IMG/VR virus record: IMGVR_UViG_3300025840_000013
DNA: 64,000 nucleotides
Direction: 5' to 3' (one strand)
Source of the DNA: a virus
In this document: positions 18,736-28,736 of the stretch, piece after piece
Position numbering within the stretch: the first letter of the stretch is position 1
How the letters are laid out: each line of letters starts with the position of its first letter
Notes under the pieces: model-generated
Database searches by the model: none
The model's input: the letters and a program-made list of their open reading frames with translations, nothing else
What the model was told of the DNA's origin: nothing
Made by a program: the position numbers and the translations under genes

Positions 18736-19061
18736 TGCAAGTTGCAGTAATACATACCGCCTTTGAAGATGCGCCACAAACAGTAGCGTTTGTAGAAGTT
18801 GGTAAACGAACAGGTACAGAAGCGCTTGAGTATGCGTATCGTTGGACTAACAATGTAATGGGTTCTTGGAGTATCAAAGAACAGTTTCTTGGAGGAGAAA
18901 AAAATGGAGATTACAATGATGATGTTACTGTCATGGCTCCTCTACATTGGAGTGAACGACACCAGACTCACATGGGATTGCGTTCAACCAGTGTTGGTGA
19001 CCAGATGTTGATGGGTACTACAAAGTACCGTGTTGCTCCAGTTGGATTTGAGGAAATCTAA
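18735..19061 (+). CDS. Phage hypothetical protein (GLRSTSVGD motif)
   Basis: ORF track; coupled start. Confidence 0.6.
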   Translation: MQVAVIHTAFEDAPQTVAFVEVGKRTGTEALEYAYRWTNNVMGSWSIKEQFLGGEKNGDYNDDVTVMAPLHWSERHQTHMGLRSTSVGDQMLMGTTKYRVAPVGFEEI

Positions 19062-19260
19062 CTGTGGAAATTTTAGAGACAATTTTCTCTATTTTCTTAG
19101 TGATTGTCATGGGATTCTTTGCATACATGAGTGCTCATGTTGTTGAAGAGAAAAAAAGAGGGAAAAGAATCCCTCTTCCATGGGAAAAAGATTTTCGAAA
19201 AAAAGATCAAAAAAAATCATAAGTCATTGATTTTAAACGATTCTTTTTTGAAGAAAAAGC

Positions 19261-19324
19261 TTGACATTTGGTTCGAAAACCCTTATATTATACATGTAAG
19301 GTTGATAAAAAAGGATTCGTTATG
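19261..19324 (+). promoter_or_regulatory. Early promoter/leader cassette copy 3
   Basis: TTGACA-N17-TATATT; CTTATATTATACATGTAAGGTTGATAAA. Confidence 0.8.
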
Positions 19325-19519
19325 ACAGTTACTCCAGAACTCAAATCTTTCATGGAAGCAGTTTGGACTGCTTCAACAATCTCAGGAAACACGGTTGTTG
19401 ACCGCCGTGTTAAATTCGGTTCACACCCCGATATTCAATTTACTGTTGAACTCCCTAATGGGGAGATCGATTTCGTATCTGCTTTCGACATGTTCGAAAA
19501 TAATGTGGAGTTTGTATAA
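19322..19519 (+). CDS. Early hypothetical protein
   Basis: AAGGA RBS, ATG 19322. Confidence 0.6.
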   Translation: MTVTPELKSFMEAVWTASTISGNTVVDRRVKFGSHPDIQFTVELPNGEIDFVSAFDMFENNVEFV

Positions 19520-19827
19520 TGTTAAGTCAATTACCTTTTGAACGTCAAATGCAATATTGGGATGGTGTAAAGGATGCAAATGACTTCACTGCTCGTTGGA
19601 GTATTTACGACCATATCAATAGTTGTAATGAAAAGATGCCTCTCAGAGCCAAGACTCGTTATGTTCTTTATGAAGGACTGGAAGTTAAGGTTGAAGGAAA
19701 TACTTGGTTAGATTTATATCGTGCTGCCAATGAGGCAGTTGAAAAATCTGGTGATACCCATCATATCTTCATTGAAAATTTTGATATGACAGATGATGGA
19801 AATTTAGAACTTTTTTGTGGGAGTTAA
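19519..19827 (+). CDS. Early hypothetical protein
   Basis: coupled ORF; GDTHHIFIE motif. Confidence 0.6.
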   Translation: MLSQLPFERQMQYWDGVKDANDFTARWSIYDHINSCNEKMPLRAKTRYVLYEGLEVKVEGNTWLDLYRAANEAVEKSGDTHHIFIENFDMTDDGNLELFCGS

Positions 19828-19830
19828 TAC

Positions 19831-20040
19831 ATGACTTTTGGTATGTTTGAAGAAGTTGAGGTTTTAGAAAATGCAATCATTGCATTTAAAGAAGGTGCAA
19901 GTGACGAAAAACGCATGGCACTTACTACTCTGGAAAACCTTCTTAATCAAAAATTGGTAGAGGTAGAAGCATATGATGCTTGGGTTGAAGAACAGTCCCT
20001 GATCTATCTTGATGGTATCGGAGAAGGAATGGTGCGATGA
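19831..20040 (+). CDS. Early hypothetical protein
   Basis: RBS and ORF. Confidence 0.55.
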   Translation: MTFGMFEEVEVLENAIIAFKEGASDEKRMALTTLENLLNQKLVEVEAYDAWVEEQSLIYLDGIGEGMVR

Positions 20041-20255
20041 GTATTATCGAAAAAACACTAGAAGAAATGGTATACGATGATATCCAAGAATGGATTACTA
20101 AGAAGTATAGCCATTTTAATAAAGATCTTTTCGAAGATTACGTCATTGAATATTGGGAAGATTATTTTTCGTCAAATAGTGAAAAAATGCTTGACAACTT
20201 CGACCCAATTCGTTATGATAATAATGAAGACCCGATTGATTACTAGGAGAAAGTT

Positions 20256-20795
20256 ATGACAGAACTTCAACAATACATCGAAACCGAAAATGCCAAGTGG
20301 GTTGCAGAGTGTCAGGCCGATGGTGCAGAGTGGTATACTACCACTGTTACCGATCCTGCACATTGGGCGGAGATGGGCGTGTTTACTGTTGAAGATTATA
20401 AGAGGCATCAAGTAGTTGGTTATATCTCAGATGCACATAAAGATGCATATGGTTTCCGGCCTCGTGGCTACGACTGGGACGCCATGACTATGGATGAACT
20501 TAATCAGTGGGCTGATGAGTTATCCGAAGAGGTTGCTCGTGAAGTTGAGCGTGATGAGGCTCGTAAGTCTAAGGCTTTGGCCGAGTTTAAATCTCTAGTG
20601 CAGAATACAATTGAGATGGGTGCTGGTGATGAAGAAACTGCACTTCGTTGGTTAACTCAAAGTGAAGAGTTTTATCATTCGCAAGATGTGGAACATTGGG
20701 TATACAACCAAGGTATTCTGTTTACAGACTATGGTCGTGAACTGGTAAACCGTCTTCTCGATGTGGTTTCATATAAGGAATATGATGCCGCATAA
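20256..20795 (+). CDS. Phage hypothetical protein (ISDAHKDAYGFRPR motif)
   Basis: AGGAG RBS; promoter TTGACA(20191)-N17-TATGAT upstream. Confidence 0.7.
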   Translation: MTELQQYIETENAKWVAECQADGAEWYTTTVTDPAHWAEMGVFTVEDYKRHQVVGYISDAHKDAYGFRPRGYDWDAMTMDELNQWADELSEEVAREVERDEARKSKALAEFKSLVQNTIEMGAGDEETALRWLTQSEEFYHSQDVEHWVYNQGILFTDYGRELVNRLLDVVSYKEYDAA

Positions 20796-20833
20796 ATATT
20801 AGATGGGTATTCCCCCTATAGAGAGGTATCAAG

Positions 20834-21205
20834 ATGTTCAAAAGAGCAGTATTAGCGTTACCCCTGCTCTTTATGACAGCAGGGATTGCAAACGGACAAG
20901 AGATTCAACCAACACCGAGGCCAACACCAACACCATTAGTAACCATGCATGGTTGTGATACTGAATCAAATTATCTATTCGAATTGGTTCAAAACAAATA
21001 TGGAGAACTCCCACTAGGTAGTTCAATATCAACTATAAGACTATTAAATGGACAGTGGATTAAAGTTGAGACTTTTTGGTTAATGAATCCAGAGAAAGGT
21101 TCATATAGTGTTATTGCGGTATTTCCAAATGGATATGGTTGTCTCATACTAAATGGTAATAATTTTGTGCCATATAAAAATGTAAAGAAGGGAGACCCTA
21201 GTTAA
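20834..21205 (+). CDS. Exported hypothetical protein
   Basis: signal peptide, Pro-Thr linker, two Cys. Confidence 0.65.
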   Translation: MFKRAVLALPLLFMTAGIANGQEIQPTPRPTPTPLVTMHGCDTESNYLFELVQNKYGELPLGSSISTIRLLNGQWIKVETFWLMNPEKGSYSVIAVFPNGYGCLILNGNNFVPYKNVKKGDPS

Positions 21206-21438
21206 TGGTTGACAATATCCGGCGAGAATCTTATTGGGATTATATGGGCCGCCGTCTTAGAGAAGAACGGGCGAAAGAAGAAGAGTTGAAGTCAGTACAA
21301 TTAGAAGAAGACGATGAAGGAAACCTTGTACTGCCCCTACCTACTGAATTACTAAATCAGATGGGTTGGGATATTGGTGATGATTTAATATGGGAAGAGG
21401 CACATCATGGCGCTTACACAATTCGGAAGAAAAATTAA
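21205..21438 (+). CDS. AbrB/MazE-like swapped-hairpin DNA-binding protein
   Basis: GNLVLPLPTELLNQMGWDIGDDLIW. Confidence 0.65.
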   Translation: MVDNIRRESYWDYMGRRLREERAKEEELKSVQLEEDDEGNLVLPLPTELLNQMGWDIGDDLIWEEAHHGAYTIRKKN

Positions 21439-21973
21439 AAATACTGCAACTATTGCATTAAATGGACTTATAGTTGTTAGTATGCTCTCAGTCGCATCCG
21501 CAGCGACACACATGGACGAAAAAACAGAGATGACTGTTGATGATATTGCATCCATTCAGTGTCTTGCACTTAATATATATTGGGAAACACGGGCAGTTTC
21601 ACTCGCTGATGCAATGGCTGTCAGTGATGTTGTCCAAAACAGAGTAAATCATAAACATTTTCCAGACACAATTTGTGATGTTATTTATCAAGGTGAAAAA
21701 AAACCATCTTGGAAAAATCCTGATAAAATGGTAATGGTTCGAAATCGTTGTCAGTTCTCTTGGTATTGTGATGGAAAATCTGATGTTCCAAGTGATATCA
21801 CTGCATGGGATCGCTCTAGAAAATTTGCAAGAGATTTTTATCTTGGTTCATATCGTGGATTGACTGAGGGTGCGACTCACTATCACGCTACCTATGTGAA
21901 ACCATATTGGTCAACTAAAAAAGATCGTATTGGACGTATTGGTTCTCATATATTTTATCGGGCAAAATGGTAA
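21407..21973 (+). CDS. Cell wall hydrolase (SleB / Hydrolase_2)
   Basis: CLALNIYWETR, VVQNRV, FPDTICDVIYQ, CQFSWYCDGK, GATHYHA, IGSHIFY. Confidence 0.9.
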   Translation: MALTQFGRKIKNTATIALNGLIVVSMLSVASAATHMDEKTEMTVDDIASIQCLALNIYWETRAVSLADAMAVSDVVQNRVNHKHFPDTICDVIYQGEKKPSWKNPDKMVMVRNRCQFSWYCDGKSDVPSDITAWDRSRKFARDFYLGSYRGLTEGATHYHATYVKPYWSTKKDRIGRIGSHIFYRAKW

Positions 21974-22260
21974 TAAATATGAATGAGGAGACTATTATGG
22001 AATTTAGAGTCGATAACATACCAAAAAAATATCATGGTATAATGGACGAATTGTGGAGTTGTACATCACAACCTGAATTACAAATATATTTGACTTCATG
22101 TTCGCCGGAAAAAAGACAAATTGCGGAAACTCTAATGGAGTTAGTTAGGATAGAAATATTAGATAACCATTTTGAAAAAAATAGAGATCGGTTAATAGAT
22201 CCCAATGAATTTAATGATATGATGAATCGGATTACGAGTAAGAATAAGAATTAAAGACAA

Positions 22261-22290
22261 AGGGATGTAAATTTCTACATCCCTTTTTTT
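22261..22290 (+). terminator. Rho-independent terminator
   Basis: AGGGATGTA-aatttc-TACATCCCT followed by T6. Confidence 0.8.
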
Positions 22291-22324
22291 ATGCACAATG
22301 TGCAGTTTATACAGGGAGAAAAAA

Positions 22325-22549
22325 ATGAAAACACGAAAAATATCTACCTATTACGCTGATAATCAAAAAGGATATGCAGAAGTGCATATCGATTTTGTAC
22401 AAAATATCAATCTTATCAAATATTTTGACAATGAAGGATTGTTATTTTTCACAGAAGATTTTCCGCAAAAATCTATAAACTATGTAGAGGATGCTGCAGA
22501 AAATTGGGCACTTGGAATTAAAAAACTTGGAGAAGAATTAAATGTATAA
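22325..22549 (+). CDS. Phage hypothetical protein (YVEDAAENWALG)
   Basis: GGAG RBS; ORF track frame. Confidence 0.6.
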   Translation: MKTRKISTYYADNQKGYAEVHIDFVQNINLIKYFDNEGLLFFTEDFPQKSINYVEDAAENWALGIKKLGEELNV

Positions 22550-22898
22550 ACTAAAAGATAGAGTTGGTGTTGCAAGAAGGGCAAAAAAACATGGATTGCA
22601 TAACACTAAACGCAGAAAACATCGGCTTGCGTTAAAAGTTGCTGAAAACAACCAAAAATTGCAAGAAAGGCGGATTAGAAAAATGATCGCTCATGCAATG
22701 AGAACTCAGGGAATGCAAATGGCACCGCAACCATCCGCTAAAATTAATATGGTGGAAACTGACGGTTCTGAGACACAAATTGAAAAGGAAGTATTTGTCA
22801 ATCCAGAAAACCTTGACGAAACTATAGTGGAAGATGCTGAAGTTGTCGTTGATGAGGATGAACAAGAACCAGAAAAGTATCCAGAAAACGGTATGTAA
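22542..22898 (+). CDS. Hypothetical protein, basic N-half and acidic C-half
   Basis: ORF track, RBS. Confidence 0.6.
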   Translation: MYKLKDRVGVARRAKKHGLHNTKRRKHRLALKVAENNQKLQERRIRKMIAHAMRTQGMQMAPQPSAKINMVETDGSETQIEKEVFVNPENLDETIVEDAEVVVDEDEQEPEKYPENGM

Positions 22899-23524
22899 TG
22901 AAACAACAATCTGTAAAGGATCTGTTAAACATCTATGAAGGTTTTCAGTTCTTAGAAAATACTCCAGTTTTTGTTGGTAAACTTCCAACTGCGATACACC
23001 AAGAATTACTGGAGTGGAGTGAACATTGTAGAAAGTTTAAAGATCATGAGTTAAGTATATTATTAGAACATGTTAATGCTGGACTAAACAGCTATCAAAT
23101 TAGTGTTCCTAAACATTTACAGGAGTCTTCTTTTACACAGGCATATTTGATTACACTTGGAAAGTTGTATATTGCAAAAACATTTCCACCATTGCTAAAA
23201 AAGAGTATGGAAGAAAGGTTAGAAATTTTACGCCATAGAGTTTCTTTTTATGGAACTCAAGATCATTATGATTGGGGTGTTTGGATTAATTATGCAAATA
23301 CTGGTGACATAAATCCGATGCATACTCATGTTGGACAACTATCTGGTGTTCTATATGTAAAAAATACTGAAGCTTCACCAACAAATTTTAATAATGAGGT
23401 TCAGTATAACGGTAAAGATGGTTATGTTGCAATCTTCCCCGCTGATTATGAACATGGGGTTGCAGAACATACTGGTGATGAAAGAATAACAATGTCGTTT
23501 AATTTAAGGGCCATGTTACAATAA
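22898..23524 (+). CDS. Putative 2OG-Fe(II) oxygenase
   Basis: WIN...NPMHTH..LSGVLYV...IFPA...HGV...RITMSFN. Confidence 0.75.
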   Translation: MKQQSVKDLLNIYEGFQFLENTPVFVGKLPTAIHQELLEWSEHCRKFKDHELSILLEHVNAGLNSYQISVPKHLQESSFTQAYLITLGKLYIAKTFPPLLKKSMEERLEILRHRVSFYGTQDHYDWGVWINYANTGDINPMHTHVGQLSGVLYVKNTEASPTNFNNEVQYNGKDGYVAIFPADYEHGVAEHTGDERITMSFNLRAMLQ

Positions 23525-24036
23525 TGTTATCAACAACTCAAATAGACGATATGGTAGAACTGTTATCCACTCTAGATAATCGAACAAAGATATATCTAGG
23601 GTGTGACAGTGTTCGTTTTCTTACTAAAAAAGGAAAGAAAAAGGCCAGATACGCTGCAGTGTGTATTGTCCATATGAATGGAAACAGTGGCTGTCGGATA
23701 TTCTCTAATATATCATATGAAGATGATTATGATTTAAAGAAAGACAGACCTAAAATGAGAATGTTAAACGAAGTGAGAAAGGTATGTGAATTATATACAC
23801 AAGTGATACCTTTTATCGATGAGTTTGATATTGAAATACATTTGGACATTAACACAAATCCGCAATATGGTTCTAATTGTGCTGCATCAGAGGCAGCTGG
23901 TTATGTTCTTGGTATGACTGGTATTGAACCAAAGTTAAAACCAAATAGTTGGGCTGCATCTTTTGGTGCAGATGGTGTAGTAAATGGTAAAAGTAGAACA
24001 GACACACCAGAATGGGCATACGAAAGAATTTTATAA
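23524..24036 (+). CDS. RNase H-like YkuK (DUF458) family protein
   Basis: IYLGCDS, RMLNEV, EIHLDIN, GSN, KPNSWAASFGAD. Confidence 0.8.
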   Translation: MLSTTQIDDMVELLSTLDNRTKIYLGCDSVRFLTKKGKKKARYAAVCIVHMNGNSGCRIFSNISYEDDYDLKKDRPKMRMLNEVRKVCELYTQVIPFIDEFDIEIHLDINTNPQYGSNCAASEAAGYVLGMTGIEPKLKPNSWAASFGADGVVNGKSRTDTPEWAYERIL

Positions 24037-24100
24037 AAACATATTGACATTACATAATGTTTAGTGTAGTATAAACGTAATATTTGAATTGGAGACTTAA

Positions 24101-24541
24101 GTGTTCGGTAGGAAAAGAATTATCTATGACAGAGATGGCATTACACCATATATGCATCGCTGGCATTTGTTGTTTAGAGATAAAGTAGATAATTTTTCAA
24201 AGGGAAGAAAAGTTCCTTTTAACGCTTATCTACACAAAATAGTTTTATCCGATGAACCAGTTTTTCATGACCATCCATGGGATTATTTTACCATCATCCT
24301 AAAAGGTGGTTATTGGGAACACACTCCAGAAGGTAAGTTTTGGAGAGGGCCTGGACACATGAGATTTTCAAAGGCAGGAAGTCTGCACTATTTGGAAATT
24401 CCTCAAGGTGGCTCGGCATGGACACTGTTCTTTCGATTTAGTAAGAAGAAAGAATGGGGATTTATCAAAGATGGTGAATGGGTTCACTATCAAACTTATC
24501 TAAAAGAGAGAATGCAAACCCAATCAAGATTAAATACTTAA
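24101..24541 (+). CDS. Cupin-like protein
   Basis: YLHKI..SDE..FHDHPW...ILKGGYWEH...LH. Confidence 0.7.
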   Translation: MFGRKRIIYDRDGITPYMHRWHLLFRDKVDNFSKGRKVPFNAYLHKIVLSDEPVFHDHPWDYFTIILKGGYWEHTPEGKFWRGPGHMRFSKAGSLHYLEIPQGGSAWTLFFRFSKKKEWGFIKDGEWVHYQTYLKERMQTQSRLNT

Positions 24542-24552
24542 AGGAAACTAAA

Positions 24553-24828
24553 ATGAGTTATGAAAAAAATCAAATTATCACTGTAGTGACACCTGTTGGT
24601 GAGTTTATTGGACGATTAGTTGAAGATGATGCCACTGGTATTACTCTTAGTAATCCCAGAATGATTGTGTTTGGTGAAAATCAAAACATGGGGTTCGCAC
24701 ATGGTATTGCTGCAACTGGTATTTCAGACCCTAAAGAAATGAAAATTCGTCATGCCGTATTCATTACAGAAGCGAATGAAGATGTCCAAAAGGCGTGGAC
24801 AGAACAGACTAGTGGATTGGTTATATAA
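24553..24828 (+). CDS. Small Sm/SH3-like beta-barrel hypothetical protein
   Basis: GEFIGRL...LSNPR...QTSGLVI pattern. Confidence 0.55.
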   Translation: MSYEKNQIITVVTPVGEFIGRLVEDDATGITLSNPRMIVFGENQNMGFAHGIAATGISDPKEMKIRHAVFITEANEDVQKAWTEQTSGLVI

Positions 24829-25264
24829 TGTCGAATGAGGAAGCAGAATTAGAATATAAAAAATTTCTACTGATGTTTCCTCATCATCCAAGTCCTGTAC
24901 ATTATCCAAAAAGTTTTGCATACTATGTAAAACTGTACAAATTTCTAAAAGGTAAAGAAAATGTCAAATGATAATAGATATGTTGTTATGATTAATCCTT
25001 CTGATAGAGAGGATACTTGGATGTATATAACCGAAGATACTGGCAGATGTGACTTTAACATGGTGCCTGTAGTATTTGACTCATATGATGATGCTGAATC
25101 GTATGTTGTCAGTCTTGGACTTGCTGGTGGAACAGTAAAGTCTAAAATAATTCAGTATATTAATGAATAAACTTCTTGACAAAGAGGAATTATTTGTGAT
25201 ATACTGTCTATAGTTAACATGTGAAGTGTTAACATTTCGTAAACTTAAATGGAGAATGTAAAAT

Positions 25265-25537
25265 ATGACTAATGCAAATGTTGTGACAAAACAAGATCGA
25301 GTCCTTGAGGCTCTTCGTAGTAATGATAAAGGTTTGACTGCTGCTCAGATTGAAAACCAATTCAAGGTTGGAAATGCTCGTGCAACAGTATCTAGCCTTC
25401 GTATGAAGGGTTTTGCAATTTTTGCAAACCAGCACACTGATACTAAGGGACGCACTAAGACTTTCTATCGTCTTGGTACTCCGCCTCGTTCAGTTGTTGC
25501 TGCTGGTTATAGGGCATTGGCTGCACAAGCTGCATAA
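25265..25537 (+). CDS. Winged-helix DNA-binding protein
   Basis: KQDRVLEALR...LTAAQIE..F.VGNARATVSSLRMKGF; own sigma70 promoter at 25176-25205. Confidence 0.7.
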   Translation: MTNANVVTKQDRVLEALRSNDKGLTAAQIENQFKVGNARATVSSLRMKGFAIFANQHTDTKGRTKTFYRLGTPPRSVVAAGYRALAAQAA

Positions 25538-25550
25538 TAATAAAAAACTA

Positions 25551-25569
25551 GGGGGGTGCAATGCCCCCC
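25551..25569. terminator. G/C hairpin with GCAA loop (terminator-like; T run only on minus strand)
   Basis: GGGGGG-TGCAATG-CCCCCC; near copy at 46687. Confidence 0.5.
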
Positions 25570-25668
25570 ACACTTTGAGTCGATAAACTTGGTAACGACC
25601 TAAAAAAATATCCAAGTATTTGGACAGTCTATCGAATATCGAAGACGCTTATTAAAAAGGAGAATGCG

Positions 25669-27189
25669 ATGTCAAAGCTACAATTCGCAAAAAAAACTAG
25701 ATTTTTTCTGGAAACTATTACTGTTGGTGATTTACACAAACTTGCATCACCAATAAAAGATGAAGCTGGAGACAACACTTCATATGCAGTATTATCAACT
25801 GCTGCAGGATTACTTCAACGAAAACTACAAACAGATGCATGGGACAACCATCGTAGGCAGTCCTATCTCAACACTGTAATTCAAGGATTGGAATTCTTGG
25901 ACAAAATTATCGTTGTGCCTGCGAACCTTCTATTGCAAGGATTAATCAACGATCACGACCGCACTATCGAAAAAGAACGAAAAACTGCTCTTGCACAGGA
26001 GATTGAAGAAATTCGAAAAGATGTTGCCGGTGGTGTTGAAAACTATATCATTGACGGACAAAACCGAATTTTAAATGCGATTGTTCCGTTTATCAACAAC
26101 GAATTTCCTCTTGGTGCTACAGATATTCCAATTGTAGATGAGAATGGAAAAATTGTGGAGTTTGCACAAGGAAAACTTTATCAAGATTTGCATGAATCTC
26201 TTCAAGATGCATTTATGAATATCGAATTGTTGTACATGGTTGCAGAAGAGGGAGATATTCAAGAACTCGTAAATGCATTGATTGCGAAAAATGAAGGATA
26301 CCCATGGACAGAATGGCAAAAAATGATTACACGTTTCTGGTTCTCAACGTATCGCCGTCAATTAACATCAATTCTTGAAGACAAAGTTGCAATTACTGCA
26401 TTACAAAGTCTTTCTGGGAAAACATATAGTGAAGAACTTGCAGGACACGAATTGTTCTTGTCAGAAGTGTTTTACTGGATTGCGAAAGGTACACAACCAT
26501 CTTCTTCAAAAATCGGTGCTCATGAACTCATGTTTTCTGGTATGGAGAATGTGACAAAATCCCAAGTAGATCAAGTAAGACGTTATCTTCGTGAATTTGC
26601 AATGGGAATGAAAACCATGACTTCTGCAAAACAGTATAACAATGTAATGGTACGAAACTACATCTATTTCCGTTATCAACTAGACAATCGAGTGTATGCG
26701 GATATTACGACCCCCCTATGGAAAATAAAAGATGTAGAAGGTTTTGTGAAAGAGTATGATGCCGCACAAAAATCAATGAGAGAAGATCCTGATGGACGCA
26801 TTACTCATGATTTAAATGGGGTAAGACTACCAACACCCACAAAAGTACCGAATGGTTTCTTCTGGGCATGTTCTGAAATCAAAGATGAGTTTATTCGTTG
26901 TCGAGTAGAATTGCTCTGCAAAAAATTCATCGAAAATGAGGAACATTTGAAAAGTGACAACATCGTTATTGATGCAGCTCTTTCAATGCCAATGCCACAG
27001 AAAGAAGTCGTATGGGAAACGAACAATCGAAAAGACTCAAAAGGAAATCGTATTTCTGTTCGTGACCTAAACAACTTGGATAGAGGACACATAGTCTCTA
27101 AACATAATGGGGGATCTAACTCTACTGAGAATCTTGTTCTTCAAGACTCTGGGGAGAATAGATCAATGGGTTCTGTCAATTTGACCTGA
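25669..27189 (+). CDS. DUF262 (GmrS/ParB-like) plus C-terminal HNH nuclease (GmrSD-like)
   Basis: LQR...W, YIIDGQNR, N.G.PW motifs; DRGHIVSKHNGGSNSTENL...N HNH. Confidence 0.7.
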   Translation: MSKLQFAKKTRFFLETITVGDLHKLASPIKDEAGDNTSYAVLSTAAGLLQRKLQTDAWDNHRRQSYLNTVIQGLEFLDKIIVVPANLLLQGLINDHDRTIEKERKTALAQEIEEIRKDVAGGVENYIIDGQNRILNAIVPFINNEFPLGATDIPIVDENGKIVEFAQGKLYQDLHESLQDAFMNIELLYMVAEEGDIQELVNALIAKNEGYPWTEWQKMITRFWFSTYRRQLTSILEDKVAITALQSLSGKTYSEELAGHELFLSEVFYWIAKGTQPSSSKIGAHELMFSGMENVTKSQVDQVRRYLREFAMGMKTMTSAKQYNNVMVRNYIYFRYQLDNRVYADITTPLWKIKDVEGFVKEYDAAQKSMREDPDGRITHDLNGVRLPTPTKVPNGFFWACSEIKDEFIRCRVELLCKKFIENEEHLKSDNIVIDAALSMPMPQKEVVWETNNRKDSKGNRISVRDLNNLDRGHIVSKHNGGSNSTENLVLQDSGENRSMGSVNLT

Positions 27190-27252
27190 CCGCCTGTGAC
27201 CGCCCTGCGGTTACGCCCGTAAAATTTTATTCCTTAAACTACGAGAAAGTGC

Positions 27253-27281
27253 TTGACATTGTGAAGTACTTTCTCTATAAT
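27253..27281 (+). promoter_or_regulatory. Consensus sigma70 promoter TTGACA-N17-TATAAT
   Basis: perfect match. Confidence 0.85.
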
Positions 27282-27471
27282 AAGAGAGTAGTAACAAAGA
27301 AAGATCGAAAAATGCAAGGAATGATTTCAGAACTCCAAGGATATATCGCTGCGTGTGAAAGTAACATTCAGACATACAAAGAAATGGGTGATGAACGTGC
27401 GGTGGATGCTGCACAAGGAATGATTGAGAAGTTTGAAATCTACCTTCAACAGTTAGAGAGTGCAATGAAAC

Positions 27472-27852
27472 ATGAATATATTTGATTTAGAACAAGATAT
27501 AATGAGTTGTTGGAATGTATGCGATGATATTGATGTCGTTACATCCAACTTCGTAGATTCCCCTGAGTGGGAAGGAATGGATTCAAAGGTACAGGATGCA
27601 CTAATGAATCGTTACTTTGGTATTAAAGAATTGTATGATGTGAAGTTTCAGAAGTTATGGACAACTTTCGAAGCAGTCTGCAAAGAACACCATGAGTTAC
27701 GGAAACGTGCAGAGGATGCAGAGATTGATTGGAATCATGCCCCTAGTAAACTCAATTCAGTTTCTGATGGAAGTTTGCCGTATGGATATCCTTCTTTTCA
27801 AGTTGATGCTGCAGACTTTCCAGAAGATGAAAAAATAAAGTATGATGAGTAG
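27472..27852 (+). CDS. Phage hypothetical protein (FDLEQDIMSCW)
   Basis: ORF track. Confidence 0.6.
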   Translation: MNIFDLEQDIMSCWNVCDDIDVVTSNFVDSPEWEGMDSKVQDALMNRYFGIKELYDVKFQKLWTTFEAVCKEHHELRKRAEDAEIDWNHAPSKLNSVSDGSLPYGYPSFQVDAADFPEDEKIKYDE

Positions 27853-28272
27853 ATGCAAGTCGTAGATGTTTTTGGTGAATCGATAGAGATTGCATGTAGG
27901 AAATGTAGTGAATGTCGAGAAAGTAAACCTCTCAATGAATTTGCTATGGATACGACATATGTTCGTAGCAAGTGCAAAGAGTGTAGAAAGAAATCAGAAG
28001 GTCAATTAAAGATCTTGAAGAAGTTGCATCCAAAACCAGATATAAGAACATATCGTTGTCCTGCCTGTCATGATAGTGTAGACGATATGAGAGAAAAGGG
28101 TTATGTGAAGTGGAGACAAGATTTCGTCTTGCATCATTGTCATAAGACAGGAAAGTTTATTGCTTGGGTTTGTCATATATGCAATACTGGTATGAGTAAT
28201 CTAAGAGATGATCCTAATATCATGAGAAATGCTGCTGCATTATATTCGACAAAGAGAGAACTAAATGATTGA
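27853..28272 (+). CDS. Endonuclease VII-like HNH/zinc-finger nuclease
   Basis: CxxC pairs; LHHCHKTGKFIAWVCHICNTG..NLRDD. Confidence 0.75.
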   Translation: MQVVDVFGESIEIACRKCSECRESKPLNEFAMDTTYVRSKCKECRKKSEGQLKILKKLHPKPDIRTYRCPACHDSVDDMREKGYVKWRQDFVLHHCHKTGKFIAWVCHICNTGMSNLRDDPNIMRNAAALYSTKRELND

Positions 28273-28319
28273 TATAATATTTACACTTCCTACTTTTTTT
28301 ATGTTATCAAGGAGTTCTA

Positions 28320-28736
28320 ATGGACATTAAACATGCAAATGTATTTAACATTGACAAAGTAGAATCACATTATTCAAAAAAGGACGGTGTTCCTGTACAG
28401 TATGTGTGTACCACTGATCTGAGTGCAAGTGATGTGCCGGTAGATATTTACTATAGGTCTACTCCACATCCTGAGTTCGGTAATCGTTACTTTGGATTAT
28501 ACAACGATAGAATGAACGATAGAATGATGATTTGTAATGCTGATATTGTAGAAGACTTTGAGTTTGGTATGATAAAAGACTCAGACAATCATTGGTACTA
28601 TTCGTGCAGTCATCATGACTGTATTTTCATTGATGGTAAAATGATTGATGGTGGTAGACAGTACATTCGAAGCACAGGACTAGATGGTGTGTTTAAAATT
28701 GTAGATGGTAAATTTATAGAGGTATCGAATGAGTAA
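28320..28736 (+). CDS. Phage hypothetical protein (IDGGRQYIR)
   Basis: AGGAG RBS, ORF. Confidence 0.6.
   Translation: MDIKHANVFNIDKVESHYSKKDGVPVQYVCTTDLSASDVPVDIYYRSTPHPEFGNRYFGLYNDRMNDRMMICNADIVEDFEFGMIKDSDNHWYYSCSHHDCIFIDGKMIDGGRQYIRSTGLDGVFKIVDGKFIEVSNE

Noticed and set aside
17905-19324. Repeats as a CRISPR array
   Set aside because: Spacing is hundreds of nt with ORFs in between, and the repeats are promoter/RBS sequences; the 48442 nuclease is a common stand-alone phage exonuclease with no cas genes nearby
25213-25233. TTAAC pair as a CtrA box
   Set aside because: Spacing is 11 nt, not the TTAA-N7-TTAA consensus
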